Shown: positions 32,754-45,734, counted from the first letter of the stretch. The stretch is DNA of 64,000 bases from an uncultured bacterium (GCA_965368975.1 CBDUPA010000008.1:61626-125625); one strand, 5' to 3'. Numbers and translations are program-made. The notes: generated by a model not told the origin, from the letters alone.

Positions 32754-33626
32754 CTACAGCCGCCCCAAGAACTCTCCCCACAACTCCTGCAGCCGCTGTC
32801 CCGCGACGCGCCCGACCTCGACGACATCGGCATGGTCCAGCGGCTCTTCCCCGAGGCCGGCGGCGGCGTTGGTGACCAGGGAGACGACGGCGCATTCGAG
32901 GCCCATGTGGTGGGCGGCGATGACTTCGAGCACGGTCGACATGCCGACCAGGTCCGCGCCGAGGGTGCGCAGCATGCGAACTTCGGCGGGGGTCTCGTAG
33001 CAAGGGCCTAGGACGCTGGAGTAGACGCCTTCCTTGAGGCTGAAACCGAGGTCCAGGGCGCTGACGTGCAGACCTTGACGCAGCTCGACGTCATAGGCAC
33101 AGCTCATGTCTGGGAACACCGGGCCCCAGGTGGCGGGCAGCTGGCCGACCAGCGGATTGCGGCCGCTGAGGTTCAGCTGATCGGTGACGGCGACCAGGTC
33201 GCCCGGGCGCAGTTCGGGGTTGACGCCACCGGCGGCGTTGCTCATCAGCAGGAACTTCGCACCCAGCAGGGCACCGAGGCGGACGCAGAAGCAGACTTCA
33301 TGCGCACTGTAGCCTTGGTAGGCGTGCAGTCGACCGCCGAAGGAGACGACGTGTGTTTCCTTCTGACCCGTGCCGCCGACTTGGATCACGCGCACGTCGT
33401 GGTTGTGGCCGGGCAGGGAGTGGACGGGGAAGGGGAGCAGTTCCTGCAACTCGAGCGGCCCGGCGACGGTTTCACCGATCTGGGCTCCCAGGCCGGAGCC
33501 AGCGACCAGAATAGCGCGTGGACGTGGCCAGCCGCGCTCGTCCCAGGCGCTGACGGCGGCGTCCAGTTCTTTCGCGAGGCAGTCTCGGTCGGGGCGATCC
33601 GGAGGGGGGATTGTGGGTGCGTTCAT
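32754..33626 (-). CDS. purine nucleoside phosphorylase (PNP/MTAP family)
   Basis: PNP_UDP_1-type sequence (...VSFGGRLHAYQGYSAHEV..., GADLVGMSTVLEVIAAHHMGLECAVVSLVTNAAAG). 290 aa. Confidence 0.8.
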   Translation of the reverse strand: MNAPTIPPPDRPDRDCLAKELDAAVSAWDERGWPRPRAILVAGSGLGAQIGETVAGPLELQELLPFPVHSLPGHNHDVRVIQVGGTGQKETHVVSFGGRLHAYQGYSAHEVCFCVRLGALLGAKFLLMSNAAGGVNPELRPGDLVAVTDQLNLSGRNPLVGQLPATWGPVFPDMSCAYDVELRQGLHVSALDLGFSLKEGVYSSVLGPCYETPAEVRMLRTLGADLVGMSTVLEVIAAHHMGLECAVVSLVTNAAAGLGEEPLDHADVVEVGRVAGQRLQELWGEFLGRL

Positions 33627-33672
33627 GGCGACGGATCGTATCAGGCCCGCCGGACTTCAGGCCCGCCGTCCT

Positions 33673-34503
33673 TCAGGAGCGACGGCGACCGGGCAGGCGG
33701 CGCAGCAAGGCGTTCTTGACGGCATGGGGAAGTGCCTTGAGGAGCGGTCGCAGGAGTTGTCTCTTGGGGTCGTGAACCTCGATCCACTTGCGAGGGTGGA
33801 CGCGCGCCAGAGCCTCCGGTCGTGCGTCCGTGTGAGCGGCGGCGAGTTTGGGGTAGCGGTCGAGTTGGTCGGCGTCGACGAACAGCAGTAGATTCTGCGC
33901 ATAGTAGTAGTCGACGCGCGGGTCCCCCCACAACTCGTCACGCAGCGGGTCGACGACGGTAAAGCCGCGGGCAGCGAAGAGTTCTGCCCAATACGCCGGC
34001 CATTGCTCGTTGACATGGTGCGTGCCTCCCTGGTGTGGGATGGCGGCCGAGAAGGCGACGACCGGGGAGGCGGTGGTCAGAGTCTCGACTAGGCCCGGTG
34101 CCGCTTCGGCAGGTAGGTGCTCCGCGACCTCCAGGCACAGTGCCAGGTCGAAGGGCCGCCCTGGGCCTCGCGCCGAGCGCCAGTCCGACGAGTCGAGGCC
34201 GTGTTCGCGCAGCAACCGGTCGAGATCCAAGGGCTGGCGGCTCAGGTCACGTGCCACGAAGTCGTCGGACGGGATCAGCAACCACGCTGGATCGACGTAC
34301 TCGCCATCGACGCCCAGCGTGGTCTCGACCCCCAGTCGTCGCAGTTGAGCCAGCCAGGCACCGGAGCCGCAACCGACATCGAAGGCGGCGTAGACGGTGA
34401 TCGGTTCGAGCAGCTGCAGCAAGCGCGGGACCACGATGGTTGCGGAGCGGCCCGCGGTCTCGGCAAGGTCGGCGAAGAAGTCGGCTTGGTAGGGGGTGCG
34501 CAC
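33673..34503 (-). CDS. class I SAM-dependent methyltransferase
   Basis: Motif I AFDVGCGSGAWLAQL, acidic motif II, overall Rossmann MTase layout. The start is uncertain (GTG at 34503 after a GAGGAAGG, or further upstream). Confidence 0.6.
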   Translation of the reverse strand: MRTPYQADFFADLAETAGRSATIVVPRLLQLLEPITVYAAFDVGCGSGAWLAQLRRLGVETTLGVDGEYVDPAWLLIPSDDFVARDLSRQPLDLDRLLREHGLDSSDWRSARGPGRPFDLALCLEVAEHLPAEAAPGLVETLTTASPVVAFSAAIPHQGGTHHVNEQWPAYWAELFAARGFTVVDPLRDELWGDPRVDYYYAQNLLLFVDADQLDRYPKLAAAHTDARPEALARVHPRKWIEVHDPKRQLLRPLLKALPHAVKNALLRRLPGRRRS

Positions 34504-34699
34504 GTGCTGAGTATAGCCTTCCTCGTCCCTGGGCAGATTGCCGTGCAGATTGCTGTGTAGGCGGCTGGCAGGTGGCTGGCTGGTGGCTTGGGATTCGAGC
34601 GGCAAATGCGCTAAGGTTGCGGCTCGTCCGGGCCGCCTCGGCGCCCGCCTCCCGACTGCCAGAACGGCGTAACTTCCAGACCCTCCAGAGTTTCCAACC

Positions 34700-36277
34700 A
34701 TGTCTGAGCTCGACGAACAAATCCAGAATCGCCGTGACAAGCGCCGAGCCCTGCTCGACGCCGGCATCGCACCCTATCCGCCGCGCGCTGCGTTCGACAG
34801 CGAGCCGAGCAAGATTCGGGCAGCGCACGAAGACAAGACCGCCGAGGCACTGGAAGCCGAGGCGCCGGTGGCGCGCGTCCCCGGCCGGCTGCAGGCGCTG
34901 CGCAAGCACGGCAAGATCTACTTCCTGGATCTCTACGACGGCCAGGCGAAATTGCAGGTGCTGGTGCGCCGCAACAAGCTGGAGGAAGCGGCGCAGACGG
35001 CGCTCGAACACCTGGATCTGGGCGACTATGTGGGCGTGGTCGGCACCGTCGGCCGCTCGCGCGCTGGGGAACTGACGCTCTTCGCTGACAACCTGACCCT
35101 GCTGGCCAAGGCCTTGCGGCCGCTGCCGGAGAAATTCCACGGCTTGACCGACGTCGAGGCGCGCTACCGCCTCCGCTATCTCGACCTGGTGAGCAACCTG
35201 GAGTCGCGGCGCGTCTTCGAGACGCGGGCCAAGCTGATCCGCGGCATCCGCACCATTCTCGAGCGCAACGACTTTCTAGAAGTCGAGACGCCGATGATGC
35301 ACACGCTACCAGGTGGTGCCTCGGCGCGGCCGTTCGTCACCCACCACAACGCGCTCGACCTGCCGCTCTACCTGCGCGTCGCGCCCGAGCTGTTCTTGAA
35401 GCGGCTGCTGGTTGGCGGCCTGCACCGGGTGTACGAGATCAATCGGAACTTCCGCAACGAGGGCCTGTCGACCCAGCACAATCCCGAGTTCACCATGCTC
35501 GAGTTCTACTGGGCCTACTCGGACTACCAGCAGCTGATGGATTTCACCGAGGCCATGATCGCTGAGCTGGCCGAGCTGGTGCGCGCCGGCCAGTCGCGGG
35601 AAGGCGGGGCGACCGAGTTTCCGTGGAAGGGCGAGACGCTGAGCCTGGCGCGACCGTACCGCCGGCTGACCATGCGCGGTGCGCTGGCCGAGGTCGCGGG
35701 CGTCGACGAAGCGCGGCTCGACACCTTGGAGGGGCTGCAAGCGGAATTGGCCGAGCGTCACCTGCCGCCGCCGCCGGCCCCGACCTACGGACACTTGCTC
35801 ATGCACCTGTTCGAAGAACTGGTCGAGGGGCAGTTGCAGCAGCCGACCTTTATCTACGACTACCCAGTCGAGATTTCACCGCTGGCCAAGCAGTCGGCCG
35901 ACGATCCGCGTTTCACCGAGCGTTTCGAGCTGTACTTGGGCGGTATGGAGATCGCCAACGCTTTCAGTGAGCTCAATGATCCAGAAGTGCAGGCCGAGCG
36001 CTTCCGCCAGCAGCTGGAAGCGCGTCAGCACGGCGACGACGAGGCCCACCGCTTCGACGAAGACTACGTGCGCGCGATGGAGCACGGCATGCCGCCGGCC
36101 GGCGGCCTCGGCCTCGGTATCGACCGGCTGACCATGCTACTCACCGGTCGCGAGTCGATCCGCGACGTGATCCTCTTCCCGCTGCTCAAGCCGGAGGCGG
36201 CCCCGCCGGGGGCGCCACAGCCAGAGGCGCCTGCGCCGGCTTCAGGAACCGAGGCGGAACCGGAGGACGCTTCCTGA
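34700..36277 (+). CDS. lysS: lysine--tRNA ligase (class II)
   Basis: N-terminal anticodon-binding OB domain, class II motifs (FLEVETPMMHTLPGGASARPF, RNEGLSTQHNPEFTMLEFYWAY, GGLGLGIDRLTMLLTG). 525 aa. Confidence 0.9.
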   Translation: MSELDEQIQNRRDKRRALLDAGIAPYPPRAAFDSEPSKIRAAHEDKTAEALEAEAPVARVPGRLQALRKHGKIYFLDLYDGQAKLQVLVRRNKLEEAAQTALEHLDLGDYVGVVGTVGRSRAGELTLFADNLTLLAKALRPLPEKFHGLTDVEARYRLRYLDLVSNLESRRVFETRAKLIRGIRTILERNDFLEVETPMMHTLPGGASARPFVTHHNALDLPLYLRVAPELFLKRLLVGGLHRVYEINRNFRNEGLSTQHNPEFTMLEFYWAYSDYQQLMDFTEAMIAELAELVRAGQSREGGATEFPWKGETLSLARPYRRLTMRGALAEVAGVDEARLDTLEGLQAELAERHLPPPPAPTYGHLLMHLFEELVEGQLQQPTFIYDYPVEISPLAKQSADDPRFTERFELYLGGMEIANAFSELNDPEVQAERFRQQLEARQHGDDEAHRFDEDYVRAMEHGMPPAGGLGLGIDRLTMLLTGRESIRDVILFPLLKPEAAPPGAPQPEAPAPASGTEAEPEDAS

Positions 36278-36303
36278 GTGGCGACGGCTCCAAGGACCAG
36301 GAA

Positions 36304-37587
36304 GTGAGCGTTGCCGGTCAGGTGGCCGCGCCGCGGATGTCCTGGCTCTGGCGGCGACGCACGCCCTTCGTCGTCCTACTAGCCGTGCGCTACCTGCGCT
36401 CGACCCGGCGTGACGCCTTTGCCAGCTTCCTATCGCTGGTCGCCACTCTCGGGATCGCCGTCGGTGTGGCGGCTCTGATCGTGGTCATGGCCGCGCTCGC
36501 GGGGCTGCATCAACTCTTGATGGCGCAGGTGCTCGCCGGCACGCCTCAGGTCGAGATCCGGCTGCCGGACGCGACGATGGAGCAGGCGCAGGCGGTGGCT
36601 GCCGGGCTGGCCCGTCGCGATGACGTCGACTTTGCCGGGGTGCAGGTGCAAGGACAGGGCTGGCTGGTGCTCGATGGCAGCGCTCGACCCGTGCGCTTGG
36701 TCGGCTATGAGGGCGCGCTGCCTCCGTCCTTCCCGGACCCGATCCGGGACTCCGAGCTGGAGGGCGTCTACCTGCCGGTCGATCTCGCCCTGCGCCACGG
36801 CCTGCACGGCGACGATCGCGTGACGTTGGTGTCGCCCCGGCCGACTTTGACACCGTTGGGGCCCCAGCCGCGGCGCCGCAGCCTGCGACTGGCCGGCACC
36901 TACCAGAGCTATGCCGTCGAGAGCGACGCCCGCATCGCCTTGCCACTGGCGGCCGCGCGTTCGTTGCTCGGAGAAAGTGGCCGGCGGATCGAAGTCACGG
37001 CGACCGGGGGAGCGGATCGGGCGCTCGAGTTGGCGCCGCGTTTGGCCGCCTTGCTGGGTTCGTCTGTGGCGCAGACGCTGGATGACGCCCTCGACGCCAC
37101 CGCCACCGCGACGGCCGAGGTGCGCAGTTGGCGCGACCTCAACCGCTCGCTGCACTTCGTGCTGCGCCTGGAAAAAGCCCTGTTGTTCGTCGCTGGTGGG
37201 CTGATCGTGCTGGTGGCGTCGCTGGCACTGGTGGTTGACCTCGGCCTGCTGATCGCCGCCAAGCGCTCGGAGCTGGGGGTCCTGGGCACGCTCGGTGCGA
37301 CCCCTGCGCAGTTGCGTCGAGCCTTCCTGTTGCTCGGCAGCCTGCTCGCTGCTGCTGGCATCGGGCTCGGCTTCGCCACCGGCACGCTCGGCGCCTGGGC
37401 CGCCGACCACTACCAGTTGTTGGCGGTTCCAGGCAAAGTCATGTTTGTCGAACACATCCCATTCCGGCTGCGTGGCGAGGATCTCTTGCTCGTGCTCGCC
37501 AGCGCTTCCGCCCTCGTGTTAGGGGCTTCGTGGGCAGCGGCCGGGCGGGTGGCACGCCTGCGCCCGGTGGAGGCACTGCGTGTTTAA
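36304..37587 (+). CDS. lipoprotein-releasing system permease (LolC/LolE family, FtsX-like)
   Basis: N-terminal TM, large periplasmic loop, C-terminal FtsX-like 3-TM bundle. Directly upstream of a LolD-like ATPase. Confidence 0.7.
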   Translation: MSVAGQVAAPRMSWLWRRRTPFVVLLAVRYLRSTRRDAFASFLSLVATLGIAVGVAALIVVMAALAGLHQLLMAQVLAGTPQVEIRLPDATMEQAQAVAAGLARRDDVDFAGVQVQGQGWLVLDGSARPVRLVGYEGALPPSFPDPIRDSELEGVYLPVDLALRHGLHGDDRVTLVSPRPTLTPLGPQPRRRSLRLAGTYQSYAVESDARIALPLAAARSLLGESGRRIEVTATGGADRALELAPRLAALLGSSVAQTLDDALDATATATAEVRSWRDLNRSLHFVLRLEKALLFVAGGLIVLVASLALVVDLGLLIAAKRSELGVLGTLGATPAQLRRAFLLLGSLLAAAGIGLGFATGTLGAWAADHYQLLAVPGKVMFVEHIPFRLRGEDLLLVLASASALVLGASWAAAGRVARLRPVEALRV

Positions 37588-37636
37588 TGCACGCTCCGCG
37601 TGCGGGGTGTCTAATGGATCTTGAGAGGAGCTACGC

Positions 37637-38398
37637 ATGAGCGTCGCCATCCGCGCTCGCGGGCTGTACAAGACGTATCGTGACGGCGCTGCCCGCGTCG
37701 AGGTGCTGCGGGGCATCGACCTGGACGTCGACTCCGGTGAGTTGCTGGCGATCGTGGGGCCGTCGGGCTCTGGCAAGAGCACGCTGTTGCACCTACTCGG
37801 CGGGTTGGATCGTCCGGATGCCGCCTCGCAGCAGAGCGCGGGCGAAGGCCCCAGTATCGACGTCGGAGGGCAGCGGCTCGACCTGATGAGAGACAGTGAA
37901 CTGGCCGCTTTCCGCAACCGCAACGTCGGCTTCGTCTTTCAGTTCCACCAGCTACTGCCCGACTTCACAGCGCTCGAGAACGTCATGCTGCCCGGACGCA
38001 TCGCTGGCCGTGGCGCCGGGCTGGAGCCGCGTGCGGTGCTCGAGGGGGCGCTCCAGTTGCTGGATGAGGTGGGCCTGAGTGATCGGCTGGATCACTATCC
38101 TTCCGAACTCTCCGGTGGAGAGCGTCAGCGCGTGGCCCTGTGCCGGGCCCTGGCCCTGGAACCGCCGTTGCTGCTCGCTGACGAGCCGACCGGCAACCTG
38201 GATCCGGCCAGCGGTGCGCGTGTTCTCGACCTCTTGGTGGATCTGCAGGAGCGCCGCGGGACCACCGTGGTGCTGGTCACGCACAACCCGGAGATCGCAG
38301 GCCGGTGTGCTAAACTGCGCACCCTGGAACGCGGAAAGTTGTTCGCCATCGAGCCCGGCCAGGCAGCCGACAGCGAACTCCGTTCAGCCGATGGCTAA
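37637..38398 (+). CDS. lolD: lipoprotein-releasing system ATP-binding protein
   Basis: Walker A GPSGSGKST, LSGGERQRVALCRALA, Walker B LLLADEPTGNLD, MacB/LolD-type. Contains a ~17-aa insertion (AASQQSAGEGPSIDVGG) after the Walker A region. Confidence 0.8.
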   Translation: MSVAIRARGLYKTYRDGAARVEVLRGIDLDVDSGELLAIVGPSGSGKSTLLHLLGGLDRPDAASQQSAGEGPSIDVGGQRLDLMRDSELAAFRNRNVGFVFQFHQLLPDFTALENVMLPGRIAGRGAGLEPRAVLEGALQLLDEVGLSDRLDHYPSELSGGERQRVALCRALALEPPLLLADEPTGNLDPASGARVLDLLVDLQERRGTTVVLVTHNPEIAGRCAKLRTLERGKLFAIEPGQAADSELRSADG

Positions 38399-38428
38399 CT
38401 ACTGACGGCTAGGCCGCGCAAGGACGCT

Positions 38429-40855
<2,427 letters not shown>

Positions 40856-41003
40856 ACGGGCCCCATTGAACCATTCCAGCCGGCAATAATCCTTCCCGGT
40901 GATGCGTTGGAGGCACTGAGGTTTCCTTCTGGGGGGTTTCCTCTTGCCGGCGAGTCGGATAGATTCGGCGGCGTTGCCGTCCTCACGAGGCACAAAAGAT
41001 CCA

Positions 41004-43463
41004 ATGATGAAGCGACTTGCCTTGCAGCTGAAGCGATCCCCCTTTGTCCGCGGCCTGGCCCTGGTCGTGGTCTTGCTGTGCCTGACGCAGCCCTACAGCG
41101 TCGGAGGGCAGCAGGATTTCGAGGGGCAGCCGATCGCGCAGATCGAGTTTCAGGGCAATGACAGCCTCGCCGAAGATACGCTCCTCTTCTACCTCGGACT
41201 CGAAATCGGCCAGCCGCTCGACCAGCGTCAGCTCAACGCGAGCATCCGTGAGCTGTGGACCACCGAGCTGATCGACGATGTGCGCGTCGAGGCCTTCTCG
41301 CAGGGCAGCGATGGCGTGCGCCTGGTGATCACCGTGACCGAGCGCCAGGTACTGCGCTCGGTCGAGTATGTCGGGCTGAAGCGACTCAACCGTACCGACA
41401 TCGAAGAGCGCATCGCCGCGGACCGCATCCAGGTGTACGAGGGGGCGCCCGTGCGCCTGGGTGAACTGCGACGGCTCGAGACCTCGATCGAGGAGATGTA
41501 CCGCGAGCAAGGCTACCGATTCGCCGATGCCAGCTATGTGCTGGAAGCCGCCACTACCACCGAGAAGCGGGTGATCTTCACCATTGACGAGGGCAACCGG
41601 GTGCGTATCGAAGACATTCGCTTCGAGGGCAACACGGTGTTTCCGGACTGGCGCCTGGGCCTGGTGATGAAGGAGACCAAGGAGTCGAACCTGGTCTGGC
41701 GTCTGGCCAAGAAGGACATCTACAATCCGGCGCGGTTGCAGGAAGACCTGGAGAATATCCGCGAGGCCTACCGCAAGCAGGGCTACAAGAACATCACCAT
41801 CGGCGAGCCGGTGATCGAGGTGCGGGCGCTGCGCCCGAACGCCGCCGATCCCGAGGACCAGCGCCGCCGCATGTTCGTCACGATCCCGATCGAGGAAGGC
41901 GAGCGCTGGAAGTTCGGCGAAGTAACGATCGAAGGCAACGACAAGTACACCGACTCACAGTTGCTGCGTGCCTTCGAGATCGGTAGCGGTGATTGGTTGC
42001 GCTCGAAGAAGGTCGACGAAGCGGTGACGGCGATCGACGACATCTACAAGAACACCGGCTACATCGGTGCGCGTGTCGAGCCCGAGTTGGTCGAACGCGA
42101 GGACCGCGTCGCTGATCTGGTCGTGCACGTCTACGAGGGGGACCAGTTCCGCATCGGTCGCATCGACATCGAAGGCAACACGCGCACGATGGACAAGGTG
42201 CTGCGTCGCGAACTGCAGGTGCAGGAAGGTCTGGTGCTGAGCCTGCGCTCGGTGCAGAACAGCTTGCTCAAGATTCGCCAGCTCGGCTACTTCGATGTCG
42301 ACGCCGAGGAACCGGTGCAGATCGTCAACGTCGACGAAGAGAACAACACCATCGACCTGATCATCAAGGGCGAAGAGGCGGACCGCACCGAACTGCAGTT
42401 CGGCGGCGGTTGGAGTGAGGTCGACGGCTTCTTCGGCCAGATCTCGCTGCGGACCAAGAACTTCATGGGGCGCGGCGAGAGTCTCGGCTTCTCGTACCAG
42501 AGTGGTCGCTTCCGCGACTACCTCGATCTCTCCTACTTCGTGCCGTGGTTCCTCGATCGCCGGCAGTCGATCGGCGTGCAGCTGTTCCGTCGCGACGAGG
42601 ACTTCGACCTACTGACTACCCAAGAACTGGAGCGCGAGCGCACCGGCGGCTCGGTCACTTATGGTCGTAACTTCGGTCTGTTCAGCTCGATCAGCTTGAC
42701 CGGTACCTATGCCGAGTTCGTCGACCGCAGTTCCTTCCAGGACTTCGAGCGCGATGAGAACGGCGAGTTGATCCTGGATGACGAAGGCAATCCGACTCCG
42801 CTCACCATCTCCTCGGAGTTGGAGTTCATCAACGCCTCGCTGCGCCCGGCCTACCTCTACAACAGCATCGACAGTCCGTTCGAGCCCACGCGCGGCCAGC
42901 GTTTCCAGCTCAGCGCCGAAGTCGCCAGCAGCGCGCTTGGCGGTACCCAGGACTACGTTGAAGGTCAGTTCGCGTACCAGTTGTTCAAGCCGGTGACCCA
43001 GGGTCGCATCAAGACCGTCTTTGGTGGACGCGTCCGGGCCGGCTACATCGCGCCCTATGACGACTACGAGCTGTCGCGTCTCGACCGCTTCTACCTGGGC
43101 GGCGAAAACAGTGTGCGCGGCTTTGGCTTCCGCACCATCTGGGCGCGCGACGAGGACGGCAACCTGCTCAACGATGAGCTCGGTTTCCCGCTCGGTGGCG
43201 ACAAGCTGGTACAGCTGAACCTGGAGTATCACTTTGTGCTCGGTGGCCCTTTCCGCGTCGTGGCGTTCGCCGACGCCGGCGGTGTCTTCACCGAGGACCA
43301 GAACTTCAACGAGGCTGCGATGCGCTACAGTGCCGGCGTCGAGATGCGCGTCATGGTGCCGCTCTTCGGCGCTCCCTTGCGCTTTATCTACAGCCAGAAC
43401 CTGCGGCCCTACGACGACGACGAGTTCCGCAGCTTCGACTTCACGATCGGCGCGAGTTTCTAG
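41004..43463 (+). CDS. bamA: outer membrane protein assembly factor BamA (Omp85; POTRA domains plus C-terminal beta-barrel)
   Basis: Signal peptide. POTRA-like repeats (IEFQGN..., IRFEGNTVF, VTIEGNDKYT, IDIEGNTRT). C-terminal barrel ends in the aromatic motif (...FDFTIGASF). Confidence 0.85.
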   Translation: MMKRLALQLKRSPFVRGLALVVVLLCLTQPYSVGGQQDFEGQPIAQIEFQGNDSLAEDTLLFYLGLEIGQPLDQRQLNASIRELWTTELIDDVRVEAFSQGSDGVRLVITVTERQVLRSVEYVGLKRLNRTDIEERIAADRIQVYEGAPVRLGELRRLETSIEEMYREQGYRFADASYVLEAATTTEKRVIFTIDEGNRVRIEDIRFEGNTVFPDWRLGLVMKETKESNLVWRLAKKDIYNPARLQEDLENIREAYRKQGYKNITIGEPVIEVRALRPNAADPEDQRRRMFVTIPIEEGERWKFGEVTIEGNDKYTDSQLLRAFEIGSGDWLRSKKVDEAVTAIDDIYKNTGYIGARVEPELVEREDRVADLVVHVYEGDQFRIGRIDIEGNTRTMDKVLRRELQVQEGLVLSLRSVQNSLLKIRQLGYFDVDAEEPVQIVNVDEENNTIDLIIKGEEADRTELQFGGGWSEVDGFFGQISLRTKNFMGRGESLGFSYQSGRFRDYLDLSYFVPWFLDRRQSIGVQLFRRDEDFDLLTTQELERERTGGSVTYGRNFGLFSSISLTGTYAEFVDRSSFQDFERDENGELILDDEGNPTPLTISSELEFINASLRPAYLYNSIDSPFEPTRGQRFQLSAEVASSALGGTQDYVEGQFAYQLFKPVTQGRIKTVFGGRVRAGYIAPYDDYELSRLDRFYLGGENSVRGFGFRTIWARDEDGNLLNDELGFPLGGDKLVQLNLEYHFVLGGPFRVVAFADAGGVFTEDQNFNEAAMRYSAGVEMRVMVPLFGAPLRFIYSQNLRPYDDDEFRSFDFTIGASF

Positions 43464-43613
43464 CCCGTCTCCGGGGTGCGAAACGCACGCTGACACCTTC
43501 GCACAGCACGGCCCCGGTCTGCCCACATACGAGTGGGCCGGCCGATCACCGATTCAGACCTCATCGAACCGGCCTGTCACGTGGCCGCAACCGTCTTCAA
43601 GGAGAACCCCGGT

Positions 43614-44156
43614 ATGTCCCGAACTCGTGTTCTGTCCCGCCGTTGTCTCACCGTTCTCGCTCTGACCGCCATGCTCGGCAGTGCGCCCGTCCTGCTGGCT
43701 CAGGCCCCCAAGATCGCCGTGATCGACGTCCAGCGCGTGCTCGCCGAATCGAATTCCGGCAAGGAAGTGCAGGCGCAACTCGAAACTCTGCGCACGCAGA
43801 AGCGCACCGAGTTGGAAGGTCGCCAGCAGGAGCTGCGCGACTTGCAGGCCCGTATCTCCGAGCAGCAGCTGTCCCTGGCCCCCGACAAGCTCCAGGAGCT
43901 GCGCAAGGAACTCGAAGACAAGGCGATCGCCTTCGAACGGGCGCAGAACGACGCCAATCGTGAACTGCAACAGCGTGGCGAAAACCTGGTCGGCCAGATG
44001 GAGCAGCGCATCATTCCGCTGATCGACACCATTGGCCGTGAACAGGGCTACACCCTGATCTTCAACAAGTTCCAGAGCGGTCTGTTGTTCGCGGCCGATT
44101 CGGTCGATATCACCAGTATGGTGATCGAGCGCATGAACGCCGCCTCTGGCGGCTGA
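43614..44156 (+). CDS. skp: periplasmic chaperone Skp (OmpH)
   Basis: Signal peptide then a coiled-coil OmpH-like sequence (KIAVIDVQRVLAESNSGKEVQAQLE...). AAGGAGA RBS before ATG 43614. Located between bamA and lpxD. Confidence 0.8.
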   Translation: MSRTRVLSRRCLTVLALTAMLGSAPVLLAQAPKIAVIDVQRVLAESNSGKEVQAQLETLRTQKRTELEGRQQELRDLQARISEQQLSLAPDKLQELRKELEDKAIAFERAQNDANRELQQRGENLVGQMEQRIIPLIDTIGREQGYTLIFNKFQSGLLFAADSVDITSMVIERMNAASGG

Positions 44157-44187
44157 TCTTTTCGCTCTCCAGCCGGAGCCATCAGCG

Positions 44188-45258
44188 ATGACCAGCTACC
44201 GTTTGCAAGAGCTGGCCGACCTGGTCGAGGGACGTGTGCAAGGCGATGTCGCCCGCGAGGTGACGTCGGTCAACACGCTTGCGACCGCAGGCCCGCACGA
44301 ACTCTCCTTCCTGTCCGACAGCCGCTACCGGGCGCAGGCCAATGCCAGCCTCGCCGGTGCCGTCATGGTGTCGGAGGCGATGGTGGAGGCGGGCTTGCAG
44401 CTGACCAGCGCGGACGGCTCGGCGAAAGACCTGCTGGTGGTCGACGACCCGGCCATGCGCATGACCACCCTGGTGCGCATGTTCTTCCCGCCGCACGGGC
44501 GTGACGCCGGTATCGACCCCACCGCGGTGATCGAGGCCGGCTGTGACGTGCACGCCACCGCGCACATCGGTCCTTACGTGGTGATCGGTGCCGGCAGCCG
44601 AATCGGTGCCGGCGCCGTGGTCCACGCGTCGGTGGTGATCGGCCGTGGTTGCCGGGTGGGGGAGCGCTGCGTGCTGCATCCGCATGTGGTGCTCTACGAC
44701 GACACCGAACTCGGCGAGGGCGTCGAAGTACATGCCGGCACGACCCTGGGGAGCGATGGCTTTGGTTACACGACACGCGGCGGGGTGCACCACAAAGTGC
44801 CGCAGGTCGGCAGGGTGGTGGTCGAGCCGAATGTCGAGATCGGTGCCAACAGCGTGGTCGATCGTGCTACCTTCGGGGAGACTCGCATCGGTACCGGGAC
44901 CAAGATCGACAACCTCGTGCAGATCGGTCACAACGTACAAGTAGGCCGTTCCTGTATCCTCTGTGGCCAGGCTGGTGTTGCCGGCAGCAGTCATCTGGGA
45001 GATGGTGTCGTCTTGGCGGGGCAGGTCGGTGTCGCCGATCACTGCAAGATCAGCGCTGGCACCCAGGTCGCCGCCAAGTCCGCGGTTCTGCAGGACATCG
45101 AAGGCCTGAAGGTCGTCGGCGGTATCCCGGCAGGCGATCTACGCGAGTGGCAGCGGCAGCAAGTTGGGTTGCGCAGGCTCCAGGATCTCGGCCGCCGGCT
45201 GAGGGCGATGGAGCAGGCTTTGGATGAGTTGAAGGAACGGACGGAGGACGAGAGTTGA
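44188..45258 (+). CDS. lpxD: UDP-3-O-(3-hydroxyacyl)glucosamine N-acyltransferase
   Basis: LpxD N-terminal domain plus a left-handed beta-helix of hexapeptide repeats and a C-terminal helix. Position within the bamA-skp-lpxD-fabZ-lpxA block. Confidence 0.9.
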   Translation: MTSYRLQELADLVEGRVQGDVAREVTSVNTLATAGPHELSFLSDSRYRAQANASLAGAVMVSEAMVEAGLQLTSADGSAKDLLVVDDPAMRMTTLVRMFFPPHGRDAGIDPTAVIEAGCDVHATAHIGPYVVIGAGSRIGAGAVVHASVVIGRGCRVGERCVLHPHVVLYDDTELGEGVEVHAGTTLGSDGFGYTTRGGVHHKVPQVGRVVVEPNVEIGANSVVDRATFGETRIGTGTKIDNLVQIGHNVQVGRSCILCGQAGVAGSSHLGDGVVLAGQVGVADHCKISAGTQVAAKSAVLQDIEGLKVVGGIPAGDLREWQRQQVGLRRLQDLGRRLRAMEQALDELKERTEDES

Positions 45259-45734
45259 GCGAGGCGAAAGAGACGAAGCATCCCGTGGACGCCGACGGCG
45301 TCGAGATGGACAGCCGTTGGATCCAGAACATGCTGCCGCATCGCTATCCGCTGTTGCTGGTGGATCGTGTCCTGGAACTGGTGCCGCACAAGCGGATCGT
45401 GGCGATCAAGAATGTCACCATCAACGACCAGTTTTTCAATGGCCACTTTCCGGGCCACCCGGTCATGCCCGGTGTGTTGATCATCGAAGGTATGGCGCAG
45501 ACTGGTGGCATTCTGATGGTCAGCGCCTATGAGGATCGCGACCAGACTCTGCCGTATTTCCTGGGCATCGACAAGGCACGCTTCCGCCGCCCCGTGGTGC
45601 CAGGGGACCAACTGCGCTACGAGATCGATGTGCTGCGCGAGCGTCGGCGGTACTCGCAGGTCGAAGCCAAAGCGATCGTCAATGGCAAGGTCGTGTGCGA
45701 AGCTCTGCTGTCGTCCGGAGTCGTGGAGCGCTGA
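45255..45734 (+). CDS. fabZ: 3-hydroxyacyl-ACP dehydratase
   Basis: Hot-dog fold motif LLVDRVLEL...FFNGHFPGHPVMPGVLIIEGMAQTGG. The TGATG stop overlaps the lpxA start. Confidence 0.9.
   Translation: MSEAKETKHPVDADGVEMDSRWIQNMLPHRYPLLLVDRVLELVPHKRIVAIKNVTINDQFFNGHFPGHPVMPGVLIIEGMAQTGGILMVSAYEDRDQTLPYFLGIDKARFRRPVVPGDQLRYEIDVLRERRRYSQVEAKAIVNGKVVCEALLSSGVVER

Noticed and set aside
40944-41003. Upstream start for bamA at 40944
   Set aside because: The signal peptide begins at MMKRLAL (ATG 41004). The upstream extension lacks an RBS and a hydrophobic character.
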